Shown: one piece after another, positions 39,118 to 49,302 of the stretch | How positions within the stretch are numbered: the first letter of the stretch is position 1 | Layout of the letters: every line of letters starts with the position of its first letter | Made by a program: the position numbers and the translations under genes | NCBI GenBank assembly: GCA_905214145.1 | Contig: CAJMLB010000003.1 | Location: forward strand, 2,655 to 66,654 | Length of the DNA stretch: 64,000 nt | From: an uncultured bacterium | GTDB lineage: Bacteria > Actinomycetota > Coriobacteriia > Coriobacteriales > Coriobacteriaceae | Direction: 5' to 3' | Notes under the pieces: model-generated | Seen by the model: only the letters and a program-made list of their open reading frames with translations | Told to the model about the DNA's origin: nothing | The model's database searches: none

Positions 39118-42100
39118 ATGAGCAAGAACGTGAACAAGAACATCAATGGCGGCGCTGCGGGTAAGGCGAAGGCCGCCGGGCGTATGGCGACAGTTGCTGC
39201 GGCAACGATCGCCATGACGGGCGGGTCGCTGCTGTCTCCGCTGACTGCGGTGGCGCAGGGTGCGAACGGTGCCGACGCTACTGCGAAGCCGGCTGCGGTG
39301 CTGTCTCCGTTGACGAGCGCGGCTGCTGCTAGCGCTGGCGCGGGCACGGTGTCAGCGGTGCAGAAGGTCGCCAACCTGCAGGCTGCGGTCGATGCGGCTC
39401 GCGCTAAGGCCGCTGCTGCCAAGGCCGATTTGGATGCGGCCGCCGCTCCTTACGGCGCCGCCGCTGCCAACCAGCAGCAGGCTCAGAGCGCCTACGATGC
39501 GGCCCGTGGCACAAGCGACGCTGCCGCTTCTGCAGCTTCGGCCGAGCTGGAGCAGCAGATGGGTGCCGCGCAGGACAAGGCCGATGCGGACGTGAAGGCG
39601 CTCGAGGACGCTCAAGCTGCACTCGATGCCGCAAAGAGGGATCTGACGGACAAGGGTGAAGCCCTGACCGCTGCCCAGAAGACCGCCGACGATGCCCAGG
39701 CTGCGCTCAAGTCCGCGCAGGCCGCTGCTGCCGATGCCACGCCCGAGGCTGTTGCCGCGGCTCAGGCCGCTGCCGAGCAGGCCGCGAGCGAGCTGGAGCA
39801 GGCAAAGCAGCAGGCCGCCGACGCGCAGGTCAGGCTTTCGAATGCCCAGGCTGGCGTTGATGCCGCCGCGGCCAAACAGCAGGACGCGCAAGGCAAGCTT
39901 TCGGCAGCTCAGCAGGCAAAGGATGCGGCCGATAAGGATGTGAATGCCGCTCAGGCGAGCTATGACGCCGCCAAGGCCGATCTCGACCGTGCCGAGCAGG
40001 GTGCCGCGGGCCCGGAGTACGAGGCTGCCAAGGCCAAGGTGGACGCCGCCGCTGCCGCGCTGGACGCCGCCAAGTCGGTCCAGGCGCAGCGCGAGGGCGA
40101 ACTCGCTGCTGCCTCGCAGGAAGTGACCACTGCCGAGGGTGAGGTGCAGGCTGCTCAGCAGGCGCTCGCCGTCCAGCAGCAGGCTGCGGCTGACGCGCAG
40201 TCCAAGTTGGACGCTGCCACGGCTGCTGCGACCGCGGCAGACGCCGCCGTCGATCAGGCTAAGGCCGAGCATGCCAATGCGCTTGCGGCGCTGGCCGACG
40301 CTCAGGCCAAGCTCTCGGCCGCTAAGGACGAGAAGAACGCTGCCGACAAGGCGCTCGACCAGGCAAAGGCTCAAAAGCAGCAGGCCGATCAGGCTGTAGC
40401 TCAAGCGCAGGCCAAGCTCGACGCCGCTCAGGCTACGGCGAACGCCTCGGCGGAAAACTACCGCCAGGGCGCCATTGCGTTCTTTAAGAGCGTGGGTGCC
40501 GACGATGCGGCGGACCTGATTCTCAACTGCAAATATGCCAGCCTCACCAAGGTGGGCGAGGAGGTTGACGCGACGAGTCTGACCAACATGAAGCAAGCGA
40601 TTGTGTGGCTCAAGGCGTGCAACAAGTATCGTGCGAGCGTTGGCCTGGGTGAGCTCAAGGTGACGTATGCCATGATGGCGACCGCGATTGCCGATGCGAA
40701 TTTCTCCGATACCAAGACTGCGCACGCCATGCAGTTCAACGTGGGCGAAAACGTGGCGTGGAACTACGGAAGCGACCCGTTCATCCAGTGGGTCGATCAG
40801 GAGAAGGCCGTCTTTGACCGCGCTGCGGCTACGCTGGGAGCGACGGGCCTTACGGGAAAGGCTGCTTTTGATTTCTACGAGCAGCATGGCGACGAAATCG
40901 ATCGCTACGTGGCTGCGCATGGCGGGAGCGTGCATACAGTCGGTCACTACATGAATGTGATCGATCCCGATTACACCGTAACGGGTATGGGGGTTTGCAC
41001 GCGCGGGACGATGAACCGTTGGCTTACGCAGGCGCAGACGTTCTCTATGTCTGGAGGATGGTACACGAATGCCGCCAATCCGATGACGGTTGCCGAATAC
41101 GAGGCTGCGCTTAATGCGTGGTGTGACTCGTTGGCAAATCCTGGGCAGGGCGTGGACGCGGCTCGTCAGGAGCTTTCTGCCGCTCAGGGCGCGGCTGCGC
41201 AGGCTGGCGGCAAGGTGAGCGCCGCGTCGCAGGCCGCCGCTGCAAGGCAGGCTCAAGTCGATGCTGCTGCCGCCGATGTTGACGCTGCTGCCGCTGGGGC
41301 CTCGGATGCCCAGGCTGCCGTGGGGGAGAAGCAGGCCGCGGCTGAGGCCGCTGCGCGTGCCGTGGCTGATGCCCGCGCCGACGTGGACGCTGCCAGCGCT
41401 GCGGTTACCGCGGCGCAGAGTGTCGTGACTGCCAAGTCTGATGAACTCGATGTTGCCAAGGGCAAGGCTGCCGCTGCCCGGCGTGCGCTGGATGCCGCTC
41501 GCGCCGGCGTTGGCGACAAGGAGAGCGCGCTTGCTGCCGCCCAGGACGAGCTGGCTGCGTACTCTGCCGACGTTGCCGCTGCTCAGCGTGCATTTGATGC
41601 GGCCTCGGCGGTGCTCGAGGGGGCGCGTGCCGTTCAGGCTGACGCGCAGGCTGCAGTGAATGCCGCGCAGGGTGCGGCAGGCCAGGCAGATGCCGACGTC
41701 GCTGCTGCCCAGGCCGAGCTTGTTGCCGCCCAGGCTGCTGCGAGCGGTGCCGGCACGGCTGTGACCGCGGCTCAGGCCGCATCCGTCGCGGCTGCTGCTC
41801 GTGCGGCTCAGCTACATGATGCCGCCGCGGCGCTTGCTCAGGCGACGGAGGACAAGGCCGCTGCCGATGCTGCTGTTGAGGCAGCGGCTTCGGCGAAGAC
41901 CGATGCCGAGTCTGGCGTGACTGCGGCGGACGACGCCGTAACGGATGCGACCGCTGATCGCGATGCTTCTGCCGCCGCGGTTGCCCGCCTGCGCAGGATC
42001 AACCTTGCCGACGCCATCGCTAGCGGCCGTGCCAACGATGCGGATGAGGCGCTCAACGCTAAGATCGCTGCAGCCCACGATGCCGCCGAGCGCGCCGCAG

Positions 42101-42468
42101 CTGCCAAGATTGAGCTCGACGCTGCCGTTGCTGCGACGGATGCTGTGGCACCTGCCTACTTGGAGGCGCTTGCCAACTATACCGCCGCCAAGGCCGAGCT
42201 CGACCAGGCTATTGTCGAGCTCAACGCCGAGATCGCTCGCCAAGAGGCCGCCGAGCGCGGGAATGGCGAGCAGACTCAGCCTGCGACGCAGGTGGCGTAC
42301 CAGGCCAAGCACATGACCTCGGCGTCCGAGGCCACCACGCAGCAGACGACGATGCCCGCCACGGGCGACGTGTCCAACCTGCTGGGCGAGACGTTCGTAA
42401 TTGGAGGCACGGTCCTGGTTGCCGCCGGCGTCTTCCTGTCCGACAAGCGCCGCCAGCTGATCCGTTAG
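39118..42468 (+). CDS. Cell-surface Ala/Gln-rich coiled-coil protein with central CAP domain and sortase-type anchor
   Basis: Signal-like N-terminus; NKYRASVGL, GENVAW, GHYMN; C-terminal MPATG + TM + KRR. Confidence 0.85.
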   Translation: MSKNVNKNINGGAAGKAKAAGRMATVAAATIAMTGGSLLSPLTAVAQGANGADATAKPAAVLSPLTSAAAASAGAGTVSAVQKVANLQAAVDAARAKAAAAKADLDAAAAPYGAAAANQQQAQSAYDAARGTSDAAASAASAELEQQMGAAQDKADADVKALEDAQAALDAAKRDLTDKGEALTAAQKTADDAQAALKSAQAAAADATPEAVAAAQAAAEQAASELEQAKQQAADAQVRLSNAQAGVDAAAAKQQDAQGKLSAAQQAKDAADKDVNAAQASYDAAKADLDRAEQGAAGPEYEAAKAKVDAAAAALDAAKSVQAQREGELAAASQEVTTAEGEVQAAQQALAVQQQAAADAQSKLDAATAAATAADAAVDQAKAEHANALAALADAQAKLSAAKDEKNAADKALDQAKAQKQQADQAVAQAQAKLDAAQATANASAENYRQGAIAFFKSVGADDAADLILNCKYASLTKVGEEVDATSLTNMKQAIVWLKACNKYRASVGLGELKVTYAMMATAIADANFSDTKTAHAMQFNVGENVAWNYGSDPFIQWVDQEKAVFDRAAATLGATGLTGKAAFDFYEQHGDEIDRYVAAHGGSVHTVGHYMNVIDPDYTVTGMGVCTRGTMNRWLTQAQTFSMSGGWYTNAANPMTVAEYEAALNAWCDSLANPGQGVDAARQELSAAQGAAAQAGGKVSAASQAAAARQAQVDAAAADVDAAAAGASDAQAAVGEKQAAAEAAARAVADARADVDAASAAVTAAQSVVTAKSDELDVAKGKAAAARRALDAARAGVGDKESALAAAQDELAAYSADVAAAQRAFDAASAVLEGARAVQADAQAAVNAAQGAAGQADADVAAAQAELVAAQAAASGAGTAVTAAQAASVAAAARAAQLHDAAAALAQATEDKAAADAAVEAAASAKTDAESGVTAADDAVTDATADRDASAAAVARLRRINLADAIASGRANDADEALNAKIAAAHDAAERAAAAKIELDAAVAATDAVAPAYLEALANYTAAKAELDQAIVELNAEIARQEAAERGNGEQTQPATQVAYQAKHMTSASEATTQQTTMPATGDVSNLLGETFVIGGTVLVAAGVFLSDKRRQLIR

Positions 42469-42566
42469 GGACGGAGGAAAGCGGATCATTTTCGGCGCGC
42501 GCCGCAAGGGCATGGGTCCTGCGGCGCGCGCCGCTTTTATCTTCAAGATTAATTAAGGAGGGACAT

Positions 42567-42923
42567 ATGCAAATTAGAGGAGAGGCCGCGATTGCCTGTG
42601 GGTTCATGGCGGGCTTGGCAACGGGGCTGCTGTTCGATGGATGTTTCGACAGCTACATCAATCGATTCTGCGATTCTGATTTTCCGAGAGGCTGGCCTCG
42701 GAAAACGGCACCGGCTCGTCAAAAGGCGGATGCGCCCATCAAGTCCCGCAGCGTGGCTGCTTCAAAAACCAAGGTGATCGTCATCAAGAACGGCAAGATT
42801 TATCACCGTTCTGGGGGATGCAAAAACCTTCCTCAAAATGCCATTAGAACAAGCGTGCCACTGGCGACCGCGCTCAAACGAGGAAAGACCCCCTGTTCAG
42901 TATGTTGCCCGCCAGCGGCTTAG
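42567..42923 (+). CDS. Small exported/membrane protein with C-terminal H/C zinc-binding motif
   Basis: AAGGAGG RBS; KIYHRSGGC...GKTPCSVCC. Confidence 0.65.
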   Translation: MQIRGEAAIACGFMAGLATGLLFDGCFDSYINRFCDSDFPRGWPRKTAPARQKADAPIKSRSVAASKTKVIVIKNGKIYHRSGGCKNLPQNAIRTSVPLATALKRGKTPCSVCCPPAA

Positions 42924-43076
42924 ACGATTCTTCGGGGGTGTTCTGCAAGGACATGGGTCCCTGCGGATACATGGGTTTAAAAACGTGTCCGCACGGCATG
43001 GGACACTTACCCTGCCGCCCTGCTCTGCCGCGGCGGCATGTACCCAAACAACGATCCTCTAAGGAGTTCGATACCA

Positions 43077-43316
43077 ATGAGCGATAACACCAAGCATCTC
43101 GCAAAGAAGTGCGTCAAGGACGCGGGGCCGTGCCTCGCGTTGTGCCTTGCCGGCGCAGCGGTCGCGCTGCTGGCTGTTCTGGGGCCATTCGACGTGCTCC
43201 GAAGTGCCAGTTCTCTGCACGTTTGCATGGCCCTTGCCGGCGCCATGATGACCGGCGGCGTACTCGATCTGATTTTTTGGGTGCTCGACCCGTTTGGATG
43301 GAAGAACGAGGGATAA
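43077..43316 (+). CDS. Small two-TM membrane protein
   Basis: AAGGAG RBS; two hydrophobic helices. Confidence 0.55.
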   Translation: MSDNTKHLAKKCVKDAGPCLALCLAGAAVALLAVLGPFDVLRSASSLHVCMALAGAMMTGGVLDLIFWVLDPFGWKNEG

Positions 43317-43356
43317 GCCCTAAGGGATGGATACCCCGCAGCAACAGGAGGTCCCC

Positions 43357-43995
43357 GTGATCTGGTTTACCGGCGATACTCACTTTGGACACGAGAACAT
43401 GCTACGGCTTAGCGATAGGCCTTGGTCGACTGTTGCGCAGATGAACGATGCCATGGTCGCCAACATTAACAGCAAGGTTGCTGCGGATGACGAGCTCTAC
43501 ATCTTGGGCGACTTCAGCTTTAAGATGACGGTCCAAGACGCCTATGAGCTGCGCAAAAGCATTTCATGTAAGCGCGTCCACCTACTGCCCGGCAACCACG
43601 ACAAAGACTGGACGCAGCCTGCGGTTGCGGATGCTTTTATCGTCGAGCCGCCCATTTGCGTGCTCAAGATCGACCGCCAAAAAATCGTGCTGAGCCACTA
43701 TCCTATGGCTGACTGGCAGGGCATGTCGCACGGCAGCTGGCATTTGCACGGGCATATCCACAGTTGCGGCGGCGCGTACAACAAGTTCAACCTCAGGCAG
43801 GGGCTGCTGCGCTATGACGTGGGCGTGGATGCTAACAGCTACGCCCCCGTGAGCCTGGAAGAGCTCAGGTCGCGGTTTGCACAGGTAGACGAGCCGGTGT
43901 GTTGCGTTAAATGGCCGTGGTGGGTCAACGCCACGGGTGACGAGCAGATTGAGCACGATCTCGAAACATATAAGAGGGAAGTGGTAATCCGATGA
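43357..43995 (+). CDS. Calcineurin-like metallophosphoesterase
   Basis: GDTHFGH, LGDF, GNHD, SHYP, HGHIH, DVGVD; GTG start after AGGAGG. Confidence 0.9.
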   Translation: MIWFTGDTHFGHENMLRLSDRPWSTVAQMNDAMVANINSKVAADDELYILGDFSFKMTVQDAYELRKSISCKRVHLLPGNHDKDWTQPAVADAFIVEPPICVLKIDRQKIVLSHYPMADWQGMSHGSWHLHGHIHSCGGAYNKFNLRQGLLRYDVGVDANSYAPVSLEELRSRFAQVDEPVCCVKWPWWVNATGDEQIEHDLETYKREVVIR

Positions 43996-44717
43996 CGGTC
44001 TATGTGACGGGCGATATTCACAGCGGCCTCGACATGCAAAAGCTGCGCGATTGGGAGCTTGGGGATAGCCTGATGAGCGACGACTATCTCATCGTCGCCG
44101 GCGACTTTGGCTTTCCGTGGGATTTCTCTGCCGAAGAATGTGCCGACATCGCTTGGCTGGAGTCGCGCCCCTATACCGTGCTGCTCGTCGACGGCAACCA
44201 CGAGCGTTTCGATCACTGGGCGGAGCGTCCCATGGAGTTGTGGCACGGTGGGCTGACGCAGCGCCTGTCGGATACCTCTCCCATACGGCGCCTGACGCGC
44301 GGCGAGGTTTTTGAGCTCGACGGCTCAACGATTTTTACCATGGGCGGCGCCACGAGTGTGGATAAGGAATACCGCATTCCCTATTCCAGCTGGTGGCCGC
44401 AGGAGCTGCCGGACGAGCGCAACTTTGAGGAGGCGCGGGCAAAGCTCGACAGCGTGGGCTGGAAGGTTGACTACGTGATCACCCACACCTGCTCTACGCG
44501 CATGCTTTCGCCCACGCTCTATCCGGGGCCTGGCTGGAATTATCCCGCCGTTGATCGGCTGACGGCATTTTTCGATGAGCTGGAAGACCGCTTGGATTAC
44601 AAGCGCTGGTACTACGGGCATTTTCATCGGGATGCCAACCCGGCCGAGCGTCACACCGTACTCTACGACTGCATCGTTCACCTGGGCGACGAGCTCCAGC
44701 CCTGGGATGTTGCGTAG
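43992..44717 (+). CDS. Calcineurin-like metallophosphoesterase
   Basis: TGDIH, AGDFG, DGNHE, ITH, GHFH; ATGA overlap. Confidence 0.9.
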   Translation: MTVYVTGDIHSGLDMQKLRDWELGDSLMSDDYLIVAGDFGFPWDFSAEECADIAWLESRPYTVLLVDGNHERFDHWAERPMELWHGGLTQRLSDTSPIRRLTRGEVFELDGSTIFTMGGATSVDKEYRIPYSSWWPQELPDERNFEEARAKLDSVGWKVDYVITHTCSTRMLSPTLYPGPGWNYPAVDRLTAFFDELEDRLDYKRWYYGHFHRDANPAERHTVLYDCIVHLGDELQPWDVA

Positions 44718-44732
44718 TGGCGGGGTGGCTGG

Positions 44733-45737
44733 CTACTCGGCCGTTACAGTGATGTTCTCCCGGTGTGCGCGGATAGCGTCCCAGCTAAAGTGCTCGACCA
44801 GCTGCTCGGCAGAGCGTGGCGTGGTGTCCGGCGCGATGCCCGTTTGCCTGGCGAGCCAGCCCAGCAGTGCCTCGGGCGTGCCAAAGCGGGCGCGGAGCTC
44901 GCCCAGGTCCAGGTCGCGGTCGCGCTTGGAAAGGCGGCGGCCGTCCGGCGACATGAGCAGCGGAATGTGCGCGTAGTGCGGCGTGGGAAGTCCCAGCAGA
45001 TGCTGCAGGTAGATTTGGCGGGGCGTGGAGCCCAGCAGGTCGCATCCGCGCACGACCTCGGTGACGCCCATGGCAGCGTCGTCGACCACCACGGCTAGCT
45101 GATAGGCAAAAACGCCGTCGCTGCGGCGCACCAAAAAATCGCCGCACTCGGTGGCGAGCGCCTCGCATTGGGCCCCGTACGTGCGGTCCACGAATTCGAT
45201 CACATCGTCTGCGAGGTCATCGACGGTGGGCACGCGCAGACGCGTGGCCGGGGCGCGCAGGGCGCTGCGGCGGGTAACCTCTTCGGCAGAAAGGCCTCGG
45301 CAGGCGCCGCGGTAGATGGGCGTGCCGTCGCTGGCGTGCGGCGCGCTCGCGGCGTGGAGCTCGGCACGCGTGCAAAAGCAGGGGTAGGTGAGGCTGGCGT
45401 CTTGCAGCTGGCGCAAGGCGCCCTCGTACAGGTCGAGGCGATCGTGCTGGTAGTAGGGGCCTTCGTCCCACTCGAGTCCCAGCCAGGTCAGGTCGTCAAT
45501 CAGTTGAGTGGCAAGTTCCGGGCGCTTGCAGCGATCGTCCAGGTCCTCGATGCGCAACACGATGCTGCCGCCCTGGCTGCGGGCCGAAAGCCACGCGCAC
45601 AGGCAGCTGAACACGTTGCCCAGGTGCATGCGGCCCGAGGGCGACGGGGCAAAACGGCCCACGACAGGTGCGGGAGAGGGAGTCGTCGTCGGCGCGTCCG
45701 CGGCGGGCGTTGGTATGTTGCGTGTTTTGATATCCAT
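44733..45737 (-). CDS. gluQ: Glutamyl-Q tRNA(Asp) synthetase
   Basis: RFAPSPSGRMHLGN, LRIEDLD, YQLAVVVDD, RLSKR; no anticodon domain. Confidence 0.9.
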   Translation of the reverse strand: MDIKTRNIPTPAADAPTTTPSPAPVVGRFAPSPSGRMHLGNVFSCLCAWLSARSQGGSIVLRIEDLDDRCKRPELATQLIDDLTWLGLEWDEGPYYQHDRLDLYEGALRQLQDASLTYPCFCTRAELHAASAPHASDGTPIYRGACRGLSAEEVTRRSALRAPATRLRVPTVDDLADDVIEFVDRTYGAQCEALATECGDFLVRRSDGVFAYQLAVVVDDAAMGVTEVVRGCDLLGSTPRQIYLQHLLGLPTPHYAHIPLLMSPDGRRLSKRDRDLDLGELRARFGTPEALLGWLARQTGIAPDTTPRSAEQLVEHFSWDAIRAHRENITVTAE

Positions 45738-46301
45738 GCGGACGAGTATAGCGCGGGGCACGGTAGGGAAGGCGTTTCCGTGGCTCGCAAGTTGGCGGCG
45801 CTGCGCATTGCGCACGGTGGGTCTGCGGCCCAACGTCTCGATCGCCGTACGCCGACTCGACCTTATGCACGACAGAAACCCCGGCAGCTCTTCGCAACTG
45901 CCGGGGTTTCCGCGGAAAAGGGGGACATGATCCTCGAGCGAACGGGAAAGGGGCAACCGTTTTCGCTCAATTGGTTTATGCCCCTCGACTGACGGCTCAA
46001 TCAGCGCATGCCGCGCCCACACAAAGCCGCTACACCTGTGACGGAGCTGTGAAGTGGTATCTATCGTTGGCGCGGGACTCGGCCAAAGAACGTCCCAAAC
46101 GACAAATTTGTTGCAGTCCGTCGGTTCAACCCAATGATCCGTTTTCCTCCGTCCCCAATAGATCATTAGGAACGTCCCTAAGTGCCAGACTCGGGTGGGA
46201 CTTTTGTCCCATTTGACGTTCCGTTGGCCCAGATATTCGTCATGTGTGTCCGCAAACGTGGGACAATGGCGATGTTGGTTTTACAGACAAAGGATGTGCC
46301 T

Positions 46302-48245
46302 ATGAACGCCCCCGTTGCCAATACTTGTCGGCAGCGCCGCCCGTTTGCGCGATTCGCTTCCGTCTGCGTGCTCGTCGCGCTTGCGTTGTTGCTGCTGCCT
46401 GTCGCCGCGCACGCCGACGGCTACTCCATGACCCAAACCTATATCGGTGCCACGGTCGAGGCCGACGGCTCGCTGACCGTTGTCGAGGGACGCCAGTTCG
46501 ATTTCGATGACGACATCAACGGCGTGTTTTGGGAGATCAATGCGGACACCAACCAGCAGGGCGGCGCGGCGGGTGTCGACGTGCTGAGCGTCGAGGAAGA
46601 GGACACCGCGTTCAACAAAGTCGATAGCGCAAACAAGGGTGACTCTGGCGTCTACACGGTCGAGCAGTCCGACGGCGGCGTAAAGATCAAGGTTTTCAGC
46701 CCCCACGAGAGCGGCGATAGCGTGATCTATTACGTGAGCTACACCATGACCGGTGCGGTCATGAACTGGGCCGATACCGCTGAGCTCTACTGGAAATTTG
46801 TAGGTGACGGCTGGTCCGCGGATTCCGACGATGTCGAGATGGAAGTGTACTTCGCAAATGCCGCTGCCGGGACGGCGGCCGTCAAGGGCGATAACTTCCG
46901 CGCATGGGGCCACGGTCCGCTGACGGGCGACGTGTCACTCGATGAGGACGAGCCCATGGTCACCTATACCATTCCCTGCGTGCATCAGGGCGAATTCGCC
47001 GAGGCACGCATCGCCTTCCCCAGCGACTGGGTGCCATGGCTTTCCGCCTCGAGCGAGGAGCGCATGTCAACGATCCTGAGCGAAGAGAAGGCGTGGGCCG
47101 ACGAAGCTAACGCCCGCCGCGCTCACGCTCGCATGATTGCCAATGTACTTGCCGTACTAAGTGTTGTCGCGGCGGTGGCCTTTACCGGCACAATCGTTGT
47201 GCTCAAGCTGCGCCGCCGCAAGCCCAAGCCGCTTTTCCAGGACGAATATTTCCGCGATGTGCCTTCGGCCGACCATCCCGCCGTGCTTTCGGCCCTCATG
47301 AGCTGGAACGAGGTGCCCGATCAGGCATATATCGCCACGCTCATGAAGCTCACTGACGACCGTGTGATCAAGCTGGAACAGGCGACCGTGACTAAGGCTA
47401 AGAAGGGTCTGTTGGGGCGTGAAAAAGAAGAGCAGACGTATCGCGTGACGGTGAGTGATGCGGGTTGGAAGTCGGCCAAGGGCATTGACCACATGGTGCT
47501 CAAGGTCTTCTTTGCCGGTGCTAAGCCCGACGAGAACGGTGACCGTTCGCGCACGTTCGACGAGCTGCAGCACTACGTCAAGCAGCACGCTACACCCGTG
47601 GGCGACAAGCTCGAGGACTATCAGAACACCGTTAAGGGCAAGCTGGCCGATAGCGAGTACGTTGCCTCGGACGGCATTGTCGCAATGGTGTTTTGCCTGG
47701 TTCTTGGTATTCTGATCGCCTGTATTCCCGCGGGATCCATCTTCTTTACCGACGGCGCACAGGCGAACATTATCGCCGCGGTTATCTCGGTGCCGATTGT
47801 GCTGGTGGGTATTGGCGTGGGCCTTACGTTCCGCCGCTTTACGCCGGAGGGCGCCGAGGTGGCGGCTCGCTGCAAGGCGCTCAAGCATTGGCTTGAGGAT
47901 TTCACACGCCTAAAGGAGGCCGTCCCCGGCGATCTGGTCCTGTGGAATAAACTTCTGGTGATGGGTGCGGCGCTGGGTGTTTCGAAGGAAGTCCTGCGTC
48001 AGCTTGCCGAGGCTGTTCCTCCCGAGGTGCGCGAGGCCGACGGTTTCTACGACAATTACCCCTGCTACTGGTGGTACTACCATCATTACGGTACCGAGTC
48101 GCCGCTCGATTCGTTCGACGGCGTGTATCACGAGAGCATCCGTGAGCTGGCATCGAGCTCCGACAGCTCGGGCGGCGGCGGAGGCGGCGGCTTCTCGGGC
48201 GGCGGAGGCGGCGGCGTCGGCGGAGGCGGCGGCGGAACGTTCTAA
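46302..48245 (+). CDS. DUF2207 family membrane protein
   Basis: ADGSLTVVE, AELYWKFVG, WGHGPL, Gly-rich tail GGFSGGGGGG. Confidence 0.88.
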   Translation: MNAPVANTCRQRRPFARFASVCVLVALALLLLPVAAHADGYSMTQTYIGATVEADGSLTVVEGRQFDFDDDINGVFWEINADTNQQGGAAGVDVLSVEEEDTAFNKVDSANKGDSGVYTVEQSDGGVKIKVFSPHESGDSVIYYVSYTMTGAVMNWADTAELYWKFVGDGWSADSDDVEMEVYFANAAAGTAAVKGDNFRAWGHGPLTGDVSLDEDEPMVTYTIPCVHQGEFAEARIAFPSDWVPWLSASSEERMSTILSEEKAWADEANARRAHARMIANVLAVLSVVAAVAFTGTIVVLKLRRRKPKPLFQDEYFRDVPSADHPAVLSALMSWNEVPDQAYIATLMKLTDDRVIKLEQATVTKAKKGLLGREKEEQTYRVTVSDAGWKSAKGIDHMVLKVFFAGAKPDENGDRSRTFDELQHYVKQHATPVGDKLEDYQNTVKGKLADSEYVASDGIVAMVFCLVLGILIACIPAGSIFFTDGAQANIIAAVISVPIVLVGIGVGLTFRRFTPEGAEVAARCKALKHWLEDFTRLKEAVPGDLVLWNKLLVMGAALGVSKEVLRQLAEAVPPEVREADGFYDNYPCYWWYYHHYGTESPLDSFDGVYHESIRELASSSDSSGGGGGGGFSGGGGGGVGGGGGGTF

Positions 48246-48259
48246 CGGTCGTAAGCTAT

Positions 48260-48301
48260 GGGATGGGCTTTTCTCGACAGCCGTCGGGGAAAGCCCATCC
48301 C
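48260..48301. terminator. Intrinsic terminator
   Basis: GGGATGGGCTTT...AAAGCCCATCCC followed by T-run. Confidence 0.75.
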
Positions 48302-48383
48302 TTTTTATGCGCTACCTACGAAGACTGTCCCCAACGACTAGTCACTGGGGACGTTCCTAAATGACTAGGTATGGCTGCTGGGC

Positions 48384-49025
48384 CTAGGCTGTTAGGTCGA
48401 GTTCGTAGAGGAAGCTTTCGCGCGGCATGTCGTGACGGCGCTCTTCGCGGTTGGCGCGGTGCGTGGCCGTGCGCTTAAAGCCGTGCAGTTCGTAGAACTT
48501 CCACGAGCAGTTGGAGTCGGTGTACAGGTGCGCCCTCGTCGCCCCGCGCGAGGACAGGTACGAGACTGCGGCGTCGAGCAACACCGAGCCAACGCCCAGG
48601 CCATGGACGTCGCGATCTACGGCAAGCAGCGTGACCTCGTTGTCGTGTGGTAACGGGCTGCTTTCGAGCAGGCGGTTGTTGGTTCGGATGGTTGCGCGCA
48701 CAAACGAGAGATACTCGGCGCAGGCATCGGGCTCCAGCTCGCGCATTTGCGATAGCAGTGCGCGTTCGGTATCCAGCCAATGTTCCTTAACGGTGGCGCC
48801 GGAGCTCTGTCCCGCACGCGCGAGCGCAATGCCGCGCGCCTGACCGTCGATTACGGCAACCTGCGAAAACGTCGAAGACGAAAGGCAATAGGCGAGGTCG
48901 CACGCGGCCTCGAGGCGGTTGTACTCATCGTTATCCGAATTGTTATGCCAAAGCTGCTGCAGAATCAACGCGATGGCGTCGAAGTCTTCGGTATCAAACG
49001 GTCGGTAGAGAACCCGCGAGACCAT
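48384..49025 (-). CDS. GNAT N-acetyltransferase
   Basis: LAVDRDVHGLGVGSVLL, FYELHGF. Confidence 0.85.
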   Translation of the reverse strand: MVSRVLYRPFDTEDFDAIALILQQLWHNNSDNDEYNRLEAACDLAYCLSSSTFSQVAVIDGQARGIALARAGQSSGATVKEHWLDTERALLSQMRELEPDACAEYLSFVRATIRTNNRLLESSPLPHDNEVTLLAVDRDVHGLGVGSVLLDAAVSYLSSRGATRAHLYTDSNCSWKFYELHGFKRTATHRANREERRHDMPRESFLYELDLTA

Positions 49026-49302
49026 GGTGCCTCTTTCTTTTGCGGATGCATATCGAGCACAGTTCTACCACGCTATTGGCATCTAATTATGGTGCCCCTG
49101 TGTTCCATGAACTCACCGTGCCCGGTGCCGTGCCCATCCCCTCCGCTCGCAAACTTTTTCTGCATATGCGCCCGTTGCGGGGTGCATCGATGCGCTCGAT
49201 GCGCTACATTGAATCAGTATTTTCAATGCCGCTGCGCGAGCGCTGCAGATCGACGTATCACCGGCTCACAGAGCACGGCGGCGTACCAGACAGGAGGACT
49301 GC

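Noticed and set aside
39340..42260. DNA tandem repeat array in the surface protein gene
   Set aside because: Repetitiveness comes from Ala-rich heptads; no exact DNA unit seen
13161..44740. att direct repeats bounding the island
   Set aside because: Only a short GCTACTC match seen near both ends; not significant
49030..49300. ZMP/ZTP riboswitch upstream of purH
   Set aside because: Could not find the expected conserved motifs by eye
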